24,000 bases of DNA from Thermoprotei archaeon (GTDB lineage Archaea > Thermoproteota > Thermoprotei > Thermoproteales > B15-G16). The DNA lies in NCBI GenBank assembly GCA_003649205.1, contig QMRC01000009.1:1-24000 (forward strand), read 5' to 3'. Below, piece after piece: positions 1-8,180 of this stretch. Position numbers and translations under genes: made by a program. Numbering within the stretch: position 1 is the first letter of the stretch; each line of letters begins with the position of its first letter. The notes beneath the pieces were generated by a model. The model made no database searches and was not told the origin of the DNA. It was given only the letters and a program-made list of their open reading frames with translations.

Positions 1-368
1 AGGTACCTAGCTACTCTAATGGATTCTGGACTAATCTCAACTACTCTATCGTATATGACGACGTAGTGTTTTCTAGGTATTGGGTTACTGAGTATGTATA
101 CTGCTTCATTAACTGCTGCGTGTATTTGGAAGCAGTGTGGACTACCATCGATTGTAACTACCGTTATTGACTTTGGTTGACTACTCCTTATGATTGATGC
201 TATCTTCCCATAGAATGCTTGATTCTCATTCTCTGGACAGTGCTCTAGAACAACGTCGTGCTCCTCAAGTACTTTTCTGTAGAATGCCTCGTTGACGTGC
301 TTTAGACAAGCCGACACTATGGCTAATCTAGCTCCTTTTAGAGCTGGTGCCTTGACCCAGATCTCCAT
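1..368 (-). CDS. Conserved hypothetical protein; start is in the window and the 3' end runs off the left edge (partial)
   Basis: Not in the supplied ORF track because no stop lies in the window. Hand reverse-complement translation from ATG (complement of 366-368) is open to position 1: MEIWVKAPALKGARLAIVSACLKHVNEAFYRKVLEEHDVVLEHCPENENQAFYGKIASIIRSSQPKSITVVTIDGSPHCFQIHAAVNEAVYILSNPIPRKHYVVIYDRVVEISPESIRVARY. Same strand as thiC, starting 17 nt after its stop. No family recognised. Confidence 0.5.
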   Translation of the reverse strand, partial: MEIWVKAPALKGARLAIVSACLKHVNEAFYRKVLEEHDVVLEHCPENENQAFYGKIASIIRSSQPKSITVVTIDGSPHCFQIHAAVNEAVYILSNPIPRKHYVVIYDRVVEISPESIRVARY

Positions 369-385
369 CAACTTACTCACTACAG

Positions 386-1675
386 TCAAGGTAGGGACCC
401 ACCTCCAAGATACTTTGAGAGAATTAGGTATACACACAATTCACCACACATACTACACGGACCTGTAGCCTCTTCACCATATTGTTTACGTATTTGACTA
501 GCTCTCTCAGGGTCGATACTTAGCTTTATTACGCGTTCCCAATCAAGCTTAGCTCTAGCTATGGACATCTCTAGATCCCACTTCCTAGCTTTCTCACCTA
601 ATTTAACAATATCACCTATATGAGCACCAATCTTAGCAGCTATCAAGCCTTCTCTAACCTGTTCAGGTGTTGGTAGTGAGAGGTGTTCTGCTGGCGTTAC
701 ATAGCATATTAAGTCAGCACCCGCCGCAGCAGCTATCGCGGCTCCGACCGCAGATGCTATGTGGTCATAGCCTGCAGCTACATCAGTAGGTAATGGACCG
801 AGGACGTAGTATGGTGCTCCGTGACATAGCGATTTCTGTAGCTTAACATCAGCCTCTATCTTATCTAGAGGTACGTGTCCTGGTCCCTCAACCATTACCT
901 GAACACCCTTCTCCCAAGCTCTCTTAACTAACTCAGCGACATTCAGTAGCTCAGCTATCTGGAAGTAATCATGAGCATCGACTATAGCGCCGGGTCTCAG
1001 TGCATCACCTATACTTATCACAGCATCGTACTTAGCAAATAGCTCCAGTATGTAGTCCCAGTTCTTGTACAGTGGATTCTCCTCATCGTTATGTAGCATC
1101 CACGCAGCGAGTATAGCACCACCTCTACTCACTATACCAGCAATCCTACCAACTCTCTTCATCTTAAGCACGAGGTCTCTCGTTATACCTGCGTGTAGTG
1201 TCATGAAGTCAACTCCATCCTTAAGGTGCTTCTCTATGGTATTGAGCACATCATCTTCAGTCATGTGGACTCCAGCACCATGTCTCTTAGCAGCCTCTAT
1301 GAATGCCTGGTAGATAGGTACTGTACCGAAGGGTACTGGTGCAACTCTCATGAGCGTTCTCCTTATGGTGTCTAAGTCACCACCTGTACTCAAGTCCATG
1401 ATTGTGTCAGTACCGTACTTAACAGCTACCTTAGCCTTCTCAACCTCCATATCGAGATTGACGACTAGAGTCGATGTACCGACATTGACGTTGACCTTAG
1501 TGCTCAGACCTTCACCAACACCAACAATCTTAACCTCTCCTCTCCTCTCAACATTCCTCGGAACAATAACTACACCACGAGCAACCCTATCTCTAAGCTT
1601 CTCAGGACTAATACCCTCAATCTCAGCAACCTTCCTCACAACATCGGGAACTGAACCACTCCTAGCAATCCTCAT
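386..1675 (-). CDS. thiC: Phosphomethylpyrimidine synthase ThiC (radical-SAM thiamine pyrimidine synthase)
   Basis: The ORF 386-1750 translation carries ThiC-typical blocks ([72 protein letters not shown]; C-terminal CSMCGELC). I place the start at Met26 (MRIARSG, 1675). The preceding 25 codons ([21 protein letters not shown]...) are low-complexity and overlap an AT-rich TTTAAA-type element at about 1719-1731. Confidence 0.9.
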   Translation of the reverse strand: MRIARSGSVPDVVRKVAEIEGISPEKLRDRVARGVVIVPRNVERRGEVKIVGVGEGLSTKVNVNVGTSTLVVNLDMEVEKAKVAVKYGTDTIMDLSTGGDLDTIRRTLMRVAPVPFGTVPIYQAFIEAAKRHGAGVHMTEDDVLNTIEKHLKDGVDFMTLHAGITRDLVLKMKRVGRIAGIVSRGGAILAAWMLHNDEENPLYKNWDYILELFAKYDAVISIGDALRPGAIVDAHDYFQIAELLNVAELVKRAWEKGVQVMVEGPGHVPLDKIEADVKLQKSLCHGAPYYVLGPLPTDVAAGYDHIASAVGAAIAAAAGADLICYVTPAEHLSLPTPEQVREGLIAAKIGAHIGDIVKLGEKARKWDLEMSIARAKLDWERVIKLSIDPERASQIRKQYGEEATGPCSMCGELCVYLILSKYLGGGSLP

Positions 1676-1763
1676 GACAGTAGTCACGAAGTACCACCGC
1701 ACGAAAAGTACCGTACTAAACTTTAAACTTTGTAGTTTGTACCAGAGCAACCTTCACTCAACC

Positions 1764-1769
1764 TTATAA
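1764..1769 (+). promoter_or_regulatory. TATA-like box (TTATAA) about 27 nt upstream of the C box of the 1792-1846 sRNA
   Basis: TTATAA at 1764-1769; the C box starts at 1794. The spacing matches the archaeal TATA-to-TSS distance of about 26 nt. Confidence 0.35.
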
Positions 1770-1791
1770 CCCCTCACACCACTAGTCATCT

Positions 1792-1846
1792 CGGTGATGA
1801 GTACTCCCCAGCATGATAGATGAAGAGAATTCCTTTAGCTGACCCA
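1792..1846 (+). ncRNA. C/D-box sRNA (dual guide); both guides complementary to conserved 16S rRNA segments
   Basis: C box GTGATGA 1794-1800. 12-nt spacer GTACTCCCCAGC 1801-1812. D' ATGA 1813-1816. 3-nt linker. C' ATGAAGA 1820-1826. 12-nt spacer GAATTCCTTTAG 1827-1838. D box CTGA 1839-1842. The region is intergenic. Guide 1 is antisense to CUGGGGAGUAC and guide 2 to UAAAGGAAUU, both recalled conserved SSU rRNA strings lying about 25 nt apart. Confidence 0.8.
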
Positions 1847-1928
1847 TAAATAGTGCTAATCACAGTCTACTCCTCACCTAGTGGGAATTTGAATACGTAA
1901 AGAAGTTATAAAGCTGTGGGGGTTCTCA

Positions 1929-2156
1929 ATGTCTCCTCCACTTTTAGTCACTACTGGAATGTACGTAGGTCTCATAGCGGGTGTAGTAGGTACTGTGCTC
2001 CTCCTAATCTTTAGGAGAAAGCTCATTGAAAAGATGAGGTTATCCTACTGGGCTTCTCTATCTATGCTTTCATTACCTCTCCTTCTCCTACTGCAGTATG
2101 AAGCTAAGCTAATGTACGTACTTGGATTACCGATATCGTACTTCTTCGGTATTTGA
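1929..2156 (+). CDS. Small hypothetical membrane protein (about 2 TM segments)
   Basis: 75-aa ORF with two hydrophobic stretches (GMYVGLIAGVVGTVLLLIF; LSMLSLPLLLLL). No family recognised and the start is uncertain. Confidence 0.35.
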   Translation: MSPPLLVTTGMYVGLIAGVVGTVLLLIFRRKLIEKMRLSYWASLSMLSLPLLLLLQYEAKLMYVLGLPISYFFGI

Positions 2157-2185
2157 TATATTCCTCCTAATTGTGGTGGTGTTGC

Positions 2186-2845
2186 ATGAGTTCAGTTGAT
2201 TACTGGTCATGTATACAGGTCTCTAACCGTGTTGTCCTTGATGTTGGCATTGGGAATTCAACTAGGAAGGTTCTTGATCTTGGTGCTAAGTACGTTGTTG
2301 GTCTCGATGTTGATCGTCGTAAGATTAGGGGTTCTATACGTGATGTGAGGCTTGATTTAGTTCTTGGTGATTGCTCTCGATTACCATTTAGGTGTGATGT
2401 ATTTGAACTTGTTCTCTTTCACTTTACTCTACATGAGGTAGCTCCGTATCTGCATGAGGATACTATACGTGAAGCTGGTAGAGTTGGTCGTGGGGTTGCT
2501 ATTGTTGAGATACTACCTGATGATCGTGGTGCGTATGGTCTCTATGCTAGGTTGTGGCATGAAGCGATGCACAGTGTTGGTAGGTATGAGGATTATAGGG
2601 ATGTTGATTACTGGGTGTCTTTGGTTGAGAGATGTGGTTTGAGAGTTGAGTTAGTTCGTGTACTTCCTGGTTCTATGGTTTCTCTTAGTGAGTTGGAGAA
2701 GGTCATCGAGAATGATATTGTTGAGTGGAGGAGGTTAGGTGTGTCTGAGGTGTATGTGCAGGAACTTCGTAGAGTTCTCGAGTGTGCTAGGGTTTGTGGT
2801 TTTCGTTGGTCTAATACTGTTCTTGTTGTTGGTGTGAGGATGTAG
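2186..2845 (+). CDS. Class I SAM-dependent methyltransferase
   Basis: The ORF 2171-2845 contains motif I VLDVGIGNSTRKVLDLGAKYVVGLDVD, followed by LVLGDCSRLPF and FELVLFHFTLHEV. ATG at 2186 (MSSVDYW) is preferred over the TTG at 2171. The protein is Arg-rich and Lys-poor. Confidence 0.75.
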   Translation: MSSVDYWSCIQVSNRVVLDVGIGNSTRKVLDLGAKYVVGLDVDRRKIRGSIRDVRLDLVLGDCSRLPFRCDVFELVLFHFTLHEVAPYLHEDTIREAGRVGRGVAIVEILPDDRGAYGLYARLWHEAMHSVGRYEDYRDVDYWVSLVERCGLRVELVRVLPGSMVSLSELEKVIENDIVEWRRLGVSEVYVQELRRVLECARVCGFRWSNTVLVVGVRM

Positions 2846-2864
2846 TCAGTATCGGGGTAGTTCT

Positions 2865-3668
2865 TCATCCTGGTGTCCGTTGCTGAGGCGCCATCATCAC
2901 TTCCAGTACCTTGTCCCAGAACCTCCGTATCTCTCTAGCTACTTCTGTGTTAAGTAGTTTATCTGGTGATCCTATTGCGTTCTCGAGCTCACTATCGTAC
3001 GGTAGTGTAGCCACGTTTTCAATACCCCACTTACGTACTTCTTCCTCAACAGCTTTAATCTCATTTATGTTTCTCACCATGTTGATTACGAGACCTAGGG
3101 TAGGTACGTTTAGTTTTTTCAGTACCTCCCACAACTTCCTGACACCTGCTATCGATAGCCTTGAGGGTGTTGTAACTAGTATCGTCTTGAGCTTGTGTTT
3201 GAGTAATCTAGCTACTTCCAGTACCTCATCACTTGTTCCTGGTGGTAAGTCGATTAGTAGTAGATCGAGTTTGCTCCAACGTGTTATAGCTAGGATCTCT
3301 ATCATTGCATTGACTATGTCTACTCCTCTCATCGGTACCTCTTTATCACCTACGAACATTGCTATGGACATGAACTCTACACCGTATACCTTCGGCGGTA
3401 CGAGACCGTACTCTTCTCTAGGTTTAGCATCTTGAGCACCGAGAACTATGTGGCATGCCGGACAATTGAAGTCTAGATCGAGTAAACCAACTCTAAGCCC
3501 TCTTTTTGACAGTACTAGTGCACTCAAGGTAGCTAACGTGGTCTTGCCGACACCCCCCTTACCACTCGCTATAGCAACTACATTACCTACGTGTTCTACC
3601 CTATGTCGAATAATTGCTACTCTAGGATCTAGGTACTTGACTTCTCTAGGAGTATCGACTTCAGGCAA
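2865..3668 (-). CDS. Mrp/MinD (NBP35/ApbC) family P-loop ATPase; likely Mrp/MinD-type HypB partner of HypA
   Basis: Deviant Walker A VAIASGKGGVGKTTLA, Walker B LLLIDLPPGTSDE and a paired-Cys segment DFNCPACH. It lies immediately downstream of hypA on the same strand and overlaps it by 40 nt. An Mrp/MinD-type HypB has been described in Thermococcus. Confidence 0.8.
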   Translation of the reverse strand: MPEVDTPREVKYLDPRVAIIRHRVEHVGNVVAIASGKGGVGKTTLATLSALVLSKRGLRVGLLDLDFNCPACHIVLGAQDAKPREEYGLVPPKVYGVEFMSIAMFVGDKEVPMRGVDIVNAMIEILAITRWSKLDLLLIDLPPGTSDEVLEVARLLKHKLKTILVTTPSRLSIAGVRKLWEVLKKLNVPTLGLVINMVRNINEIKAVEEEVRKWGIENVATLPYDSELENAIGSPDKLLNTEVAREIRRFWDKVLEVMMAPQQRTPG

Positions 3669-4048
3669 ACTCCTCTACCTCTAACAATCTCGTAGTCAGG
3701 GGATCCACATCTAGGGCATTGAATGAATGTGTGTACTATATCAGGTACGAAGTGAATAGCTTCTCTAGTAGCTTCATCCAGCTTCTTACGCACATCACTT
3801 AACTTCCAAGTGAAACCACATGAACGGCATCTGAACTCAGCTTCAGTAACCTCTACTCTAAACAATACATCCTCTAAGCCCAGGGATTTCGCTAACTCTT
3901 TCAGAGCAAACTTCAGTACCTCGAGATCTATACCCTGTAACTCACCAACCTCAATAACTACCTCCTTTATCTTGTGATCACTATACTTCTTAGTCACATC
4001 GAGTAGTGAGTACAGTACTGCCTCTGCAAGAGCCCACTCATGAACCAC
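3629..4048 (-). CDS. hypA: Hydrogenase nickel-insertion protein HypA
   Basis: N-terminal MVHEWALAEAVL (the MHE nickel-binding motif with an inserted Val) and two zinc CxxC pairs (CRSCG ... CPRCG). At 139 aa, both length and layout are typical of HypA. Confidence 0.85.
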   Translation of the reverse strand: MVHEWALAEAVLYSLLDVTKKYSDHKIKEVVIEVGELQGIDLEVLKFALKELAKSLGLEDVLFRVEVTEAEFRCRSCGFTWKLSDVRKKLDEATREAIHFVPDIVHTFIQCPRCGSPDYEIVRGRGVCLKSILLEKSST

Positions 4049-4060
4049 ATTACTGTAGTT

Positions 4061-4447
4061 CTACTTAAGGTAGTTTAAGTTTTTCCACAGAAACTCAACG
4101 ACTTTACTTCTGTCCTTAGTGAGGAAGATGTAGAGTTCGAGTACTAAGAGTACGTGCTTGCACAGTGCCTTCCTAAATTTATGGTGTGGACAACCGCAGC
4201 TAAATTCTCCAGTTCGTAGGTTTATGTAAACCCTGTACTCACCAGTCTTACCCTTCACGAAAGCATCAACGTGGTCTTGACTTAGTTCAACAACCTTAAA
4301 TCTCCCCTGATTTAGGTACACCATGAAGTCAACTAACTTCCTGTAAATAGCTCTACTCTGTACTGGTAAACCTAGCTCAGCTAGTATCTCAGGTACCTCA
4401 AGTCTTCTCTTCAGCTGTACATAGGCATTCAGTGTATTCAGCACCAT
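4061..4447 (-). CDS. SWIM zinc-finger domain protein
   Basis: CxCxnCxH signature: FSCGCPHHKFRKALCKHVLLV in a 128-aa ORF. Confidence 0.7.
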   Translation of the reverse strand: MVLNTLNAYVQLKRRLEVPEILAELGLPVQSRAIYRKLVDFMVYLNQGRFKVVELSQDHVDAFVKGKTGEYRVYINLRTGEFSCGCPHHKFRKALCKHVLLVLELYIFLTKDRSKVVEFLWKNLNYLK

Positions 4448-4474
4448 GTTAGGTAGTGCCTAAGGGAGAACCAC

Positions 4475-4482
4475 TTAATAAA
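4475..4482. promoter_or_regulatory. AT-rich TATA-like element (TTAATAAA) placed to serve the sRNA rightward and/or the SWIM gene leftward
   Basis: The centre is about 27 nt from the C box at 4506 and about 31 nt from the SWIM ATG at 4447. Confidence 0.35.
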
Positions 4483-4503
4483 CTCTGCTTCACTTAACTT
4501 ACT

Positions 4504-4559
4504 CAGTGATGAGGGTCGTCAGGGCTGAAGTAGTGATGTAGCTGTCGCCTCACTGATTG
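4504..4559 (+). ncRNA. C/D-box sRNA (dual guide), targets not identified
   Basis: C box GTGATGA 4506-4512. 12-nt spacer GGGTCGTCAGGG. D' CTGA 4525-4528. 4-nt linker. C' GTGATGT 4533-4539. 13-nt spacer AGCTGTCGCCTCA. D box CTGA 4553-4556. Intergenic, with a TATA-like box at the expected distance. Confidence 0.65.
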
Positions 4560-4630
4560 TCAGCAAACTTACAGAACTTGAATAGAGAGATGTCTAACAC
4601 TTAAATAGTTAAGGTAGAGAGTCTTGACTT

Positions 4631-5011
4631 GTGTGGATTGCAGTCATAGTTGATGACACGGTTAATGTAGCTGAGTTAGGTACTGAGTTCCGTGATGTAT
4701 TTACTAAGGCACTGTCAGATGGAGTGAAGGGTGTGCTGCTGTACTTAGTTGGTGGGTACTCACTGTCTAAGGTGCTACCAGCTATTAGAGATGTCTTACT
4801 GAACAATGTAGCTCTTGGAGTTGTGATGTACGTGATTGACCAGGATACGGCCCTAAATGTCGTTCGAGAAGCAATTGATAGGTCTGCTCGTGATCTTATT
4901 AAGGAGTTTATAGTCATTACATCCTCCTCTAACTCTCCTGTCTACAGAATTGCCGATTTTATTAGGTCTTCGTTACCGAATGCTAAGGTTGTTGTTAAGG
5001 TGAAAGCATGA
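4631..5011 (+). CDS. Hypothetical protein, translationally coupled to the downstream radical-SAM gene
   Basis: 126-aa ORF with a GTG start. Its stop overlaps the next start (ATGA at 5008-5011). A TATA-like TTAAATAG lies at about 4596-4603. No family recognised. Confidence 0.5.
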   Translation: MWIAVIVDDTVNVAELGTEFRDVFTKALSDGVKGVLLYLVGGYSLSKVLPAIRDVLLNNVALGVVMYVIDQDTALNVVREAIDRSARDLIKEFIVITSSSNSPVYRIADFIRSSLPNAKVVVKVKA

Positions 5012-6564
5012 AGTTAGACTTCGTAATTACTGTGGATAGGACCTTGATGACAAATCACCATGGTAGGGAATTTCTCGGTTTCATGACTACGAGCCCAGCT
5101 GTTGGTCTTCCAGAGTTTCTCTGGATGTGGATCTGTGCACCTAAACCTAAATGTGATAAATTTGGTAGACCCGTAGAAGCTCCATATGGTTTGAGGAAGA
5201 TAGAGGCCGCACTTGTGGGGGCAGGTTTCAAAGCTGCTATTATAGATCCCGATTACCTAGACAAGTACGTGGATGACTGCCTTGCTGTACTCATTGGTCA
5301 CCATGATTTCTTCGCTTTCTGTGCACCAAGTAATGTCTGGTGGGCAGTAACTAAGAGGGAACCCGTCAATAGGAAGTACTTCATGAAGTTGATGGAGAGT
5401 CCAGCAATGAGGAGATTGAAGAAGAGGGGTGGTAAGATAGTTGTTGGTGGTCCTGCTGCATGGCAGTGGCTTCACGTTGAGGATCTATGGGAGAGGTGGG
5501 GTGTTGACTGTGTTATTGATGGTGAAGCTGAGAAGGTTATTGTCGATATTGCTCAGAAGATTATTGAGGGTGAACCTCTACCTAAGTACATCTATGTTTC
5601 ACCGAGGGATAGTCCATCAATTGATGAAATACCGACTATAGTTGGTGCTAGTGTCAATGGTCTTATTGAAATTATGAGGGGTTGCCCGAGAGGTTGTAAG
5701 TTTTGTAGCGTTACTCTACGACCACTTAGGTTCATTCCACTTAGCAAGATAGAGGAGGAGATCAAGGTCAACGTAGGAGCTGGTGTTAGACACATACTAT
5801 ATCACTCCGAGGACGTTCTGCTCTATGGTGCTGATGGTATTAAACCGCGTGAAGAACCTCTAATGAAGCTACATAAGCTAGCTATCAAGTTCGTTAAGGA
5901 AGGTAAGGCAGAGTCTATTGGTTGGTCTCATGTAGCTCTTTCAACTGTAGTGTATGCTGAACGTGAGGGTAAGCTAGTAAGTAAGATTACTCAACTTATC
6001 TATAGTGAGACAGATCAGGACTGGATTGGTGTTCAGACAGGTATAGAGACAGGATCACCTAGGTTATCTAAGATAATTATGCCAGGTAAGTCAGCACCAT
6101 ACCCACCGGAGAAGTGGTCTGAAATTGTTGAGGAAGCTTTCGCTATAATGGCTGAGAACAGGATAGTACCAGCAGCTACGATAATACTTAATCTACCTGA
6201 AGAAACACCTGAGGACTGTATGAAGACTCTTGAGCTAATCGATAGGTTGAGGGATTACCCAAGCCTCATCGTACCAATGTACTTTGTACCAATGGGTGTA
6301 CTGAAGAGTAAGGAAGAACTCCTTAAATTCAGGATAAAGCCGGAGCATGTCGAAGTTATGTGGAAGTGTTTAGAGCACTCACTTAAATGGGCTCCAAAGC
6401 TCACAGATCTCTACCTGAAGGATCCAGCACTCTACCCAGTTAAACTAGGTATCAAGTTATTCCTGAAGTTTATTGAGTGGAAGAAGAAAGGCCTTGAGAG
6501 AAAGGTAAAGGAGTACATTATGAGGGCAGCTGAAGGCGTTTTTGAGCATAGGCCAAAGTCATAG
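5008..6564 (+). CDS. Radical SAM protein with a B12-binding-like N-terminal region
   Basis: CX3CX2C cluster motif in IEIMRGCPRGCKFCSV; downstream GVQTGIETGSPRLSKII resembles the Elp3/B12-rSAM core. 518 aa. Confidence 0.75.
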   Translation: MKLDFVITVDRTLMTNHHGREFLGFMTTSPAVGLPEFLWMWICAPKPKCDKFGRPVEAPYGLRKIEAALVGAGFKAAIIDPDYLDKYVDDCLAVLIGHHDFFAFCAPSNVWWAVTKREPVNRKYFMKLMESPAMRRLKKRGGKIVVGGPAAWQWLHVEDLWERWGVDCVIDGEAEKVIVDIAQKIIEGEPLPKYIYVSPRDSPSIDEIPTIVGASVNGLIEIMRGCPRGCKFCSVTLRPLRFIPLSKIEEEIKVNVGAGVRHILYHSEDVLLYGADGIKPREEPLMKLHKLAIKFVKEGKAESIGWSHVALSTVVYAEREGKLVSKITQLIYSETDQDWIGVQTGIETGSPRLSKIIMPGKSAPYPPEKWSEIVEEAFAIMAENRIVPAATIILNLPEETPEDCMKTLELIDRLRDYPSLIVPMYFVPMGVLKSKEELLKFRIKPEHVEVMWKCLEHSLKWAPKLTDLYLKDPALYPVKLGIKLFLKFIEWKKKGLERKVKEYIMRAAEGVFEHRPKS

Positions 6565-6566
6565 CG

Positions 6567-7997
6567 TCAAATACTGAAGACCTTACCTATTCTACTTACT
6601 ATAACTAATTTGATGTAATTACTTAATTCCTTGAATACTCCATAGAATGCTTTCCACAGTATTTTCATTTCGGCTTTACCACGTCTCTTAAGTATCTTGG
6701 CTATGAAGTTGAAACTACCGTAGAATGCTATGTAGGCTTTTGCTAGGGCTTTAGCTAAATCCCTAGCACTAAGGTAGAATGTCTTCATTACTGGATGTAG
6801 TGTATCGTAGTGCTCTAGATTCCAATCGACAATTAGGTTGTTTTTCCTTGCAAATTCCCATAGATAGGTTCCAGGGTACGGCGTAAGTAGTGTGAACTGT
6901 GCGTAGTCTGGATTTAGTTTCTTGGCGAACTCAATGGTCTTCCCTATGGTGTACCAGTTATCGTATGGTGCTCCTAGTATAAATGACGTTACGGTGATGA
7001 ACCCTAGGTCCTTACACATCTTCAGTACCTCTGGTACCTTCTCAAGACGAATACCTTTACCATACCAATCAACTATTTCCTGGCAACCACTTTCGACTCC
7101 GAAGTAGATTGTGGCGCATCCTGCTTCTCTGAGCTTTACCAAGGTCTCGTGATCTACTGTATCGACTCTACTTGAACAAGCCCACGTTACCTCGAGTCCC
7201 CTCTCAATTATTTCCTCAGCTATCCTCTTAGCTCTCCTCCTATCTAGTGTAAATATGTCATCGATGATACCGAATTGTCTTATACCAAATCTCCTGTAGA
7301 GGTACTCCACTTCATCAACAACATTCTTTGGTGACCTAGCTCTGTACTTCTTACCAAATAATTTTGAGGACGAGCAGAATACACAGGAGTAAGGACAGCC
7401 TCTACTAGTTAATATTGGTACAGCGACTTCACCTGCAACACCGTACTTAGCTAGATCAAGTAGATCCCATGCAGGAAAAGGTAACTTGTCAAGATCCGTA
7501 ATAGGTTCTCTATCAGGATTAACAAACACTTCTCCTCGAATTCTAAATGTGATACCACGTATTTCCCTAAGTGGTATTTCACCGAAGAAGTAGTGAGTAC
7601 ATAGCTCCTTAAACGTAATCTCTCCCTCACCACGGACGATGACATCTACCTCTGGTACCTCCTCCATAACCTCTAGGTGAGTGAAGGTAACATGAGGACC
7701 ACCCATGATAGTGACTGTGTTCGGTTTAACCCTCTTAACGTACTTAATGAGCGATATTGCCCTAGGATAGGAAGGTGTTGTACAGGTAACACCAAGGATG
7801 AGGGGGTCCTCTCTTGAGATTATTTCAACAGCATCATCTATACTTAACTTCTCCACATTCATGTCCAATATTCGAACCTTAAGTCCTAGGTCTCTAGCTA
7901 CTGCAGCTAGATATGCAAGTCCAAGTGGTGGTGCAGAACCTACGTACTTTTGGACAGCAGATGGGTATGGAGGATTCACCAGTATGATGTCAACCAC
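6567..7997 (-). CDS. B12-binding domain-containing radical SAM protein (class B)
   Basis: N-terminal B12-like domain (IILVNPPYP ... LGLAYLAAV ... ILGVTCTTPSY ... TIMGGPHVTF) followed by CX3CX2C in LTSRGCPYSCVFCSS. GTG start. Convergent with the previous gene; the two ORFs, stop codons included, are 2 nt apart (6564 and 6567). Confidence 0.8.
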   Translation of the reverse strand: MVDIILVNPPYPSAVQKYVGSAPPLGLAYLAAVARDLGLKVRILDMNVEKLSIDDAVEIISREDPLILGVTCTTPSYPRAISLIKYVKRVKPNTVTIMGGPHVTFTHLEVMEEVPEVDVIVRGEGEITFKELCTHYFFGEIPLREIRGITFRIRGEVFVNPDREPITDLDKLPFPAWDLLDLAKYGVAGEVAVPILTSRGCPYSCVFCSSSKLFGKKYRARSPKNVVDEVEYLYRRFGIRQFGIIDDIFTLDRRRAKRIAEEIIERGLEVTWACSSRVDTVDHETLVKLREAGCATIYFGVESGCQEIVDWYGKGIRLEKVPEVLKMCKDLGFITVTSFILGAPYDNWYTIGKTIEFAKKLNPDYAQFTLLTPYPGTYLWEFARKNNLIVDWNLEHYDTLHPVMKTFYLSARDLAKALAKAYIAFYGSFNFIAKILKRRGKAEMKILWKAFYGVFKELSNYIKLVIVSRIGKVFSI

Positions 7998-8110
7998 TAT
8001 GAATCCCCATGGATGGAGTATCCTACATAACTAATACGGATTTCTCATCAGGAGGATCGTGACTAAGTACACAGAAGAAATATATCGTGGAATTACTCAT
8101 GTTAAACGTA

Positions 8111-8173
8111 GCCCCCACCCGCGATAGCTCCCGCGTCACGGGAGTAGATGAAACGGGTGGGCTTGCCCCCCGC
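8111..8173. ncRNA. GC-rich nested hairpin; candidate structured RNA of unknown class
   Basis: 8-bp stem 8114-8121 (CCCACCCG) with 8154-8161 (CGGGTGGG) encloses a 6-bp stem 8128-8133 (CTCCCG) with 8139-8144 (CGGGAG). Apical loop CGTCA; internal loops CGATAG and TAGATGAAA. It is markedly more GC-rich than its intergenic surroundings. Strand undetermined. Confidence 0.3.
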
Positions 8174-8180
8174 TTCCTAC

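Noticed and set aside
1676-1750. 25-codon N-terminal extension of thiC in the ORF track
   Set aside because: Low-complexity hydrophobic sequence overlapping an AT-rich promoter-like element. ThiC homology begins after Met26.
1676-1928. Possible TPP riboswitch upstream of thiC
   Set aside because: I found no CUGAGA / ACCUGA-type thi-box elements on the thiC strand. The conserved-looking element here is the plus-strand C/D sRNA instead.
8122-8153. K-turn or H/ACA interpretation of the GC-rich hairpin (GATGA in one internal loop)
   Set aside because: The opposing loop lacks the GA needed for tandem sheared pairs in either orientation. No ACA/ANA box follows the lower stem on either strand.
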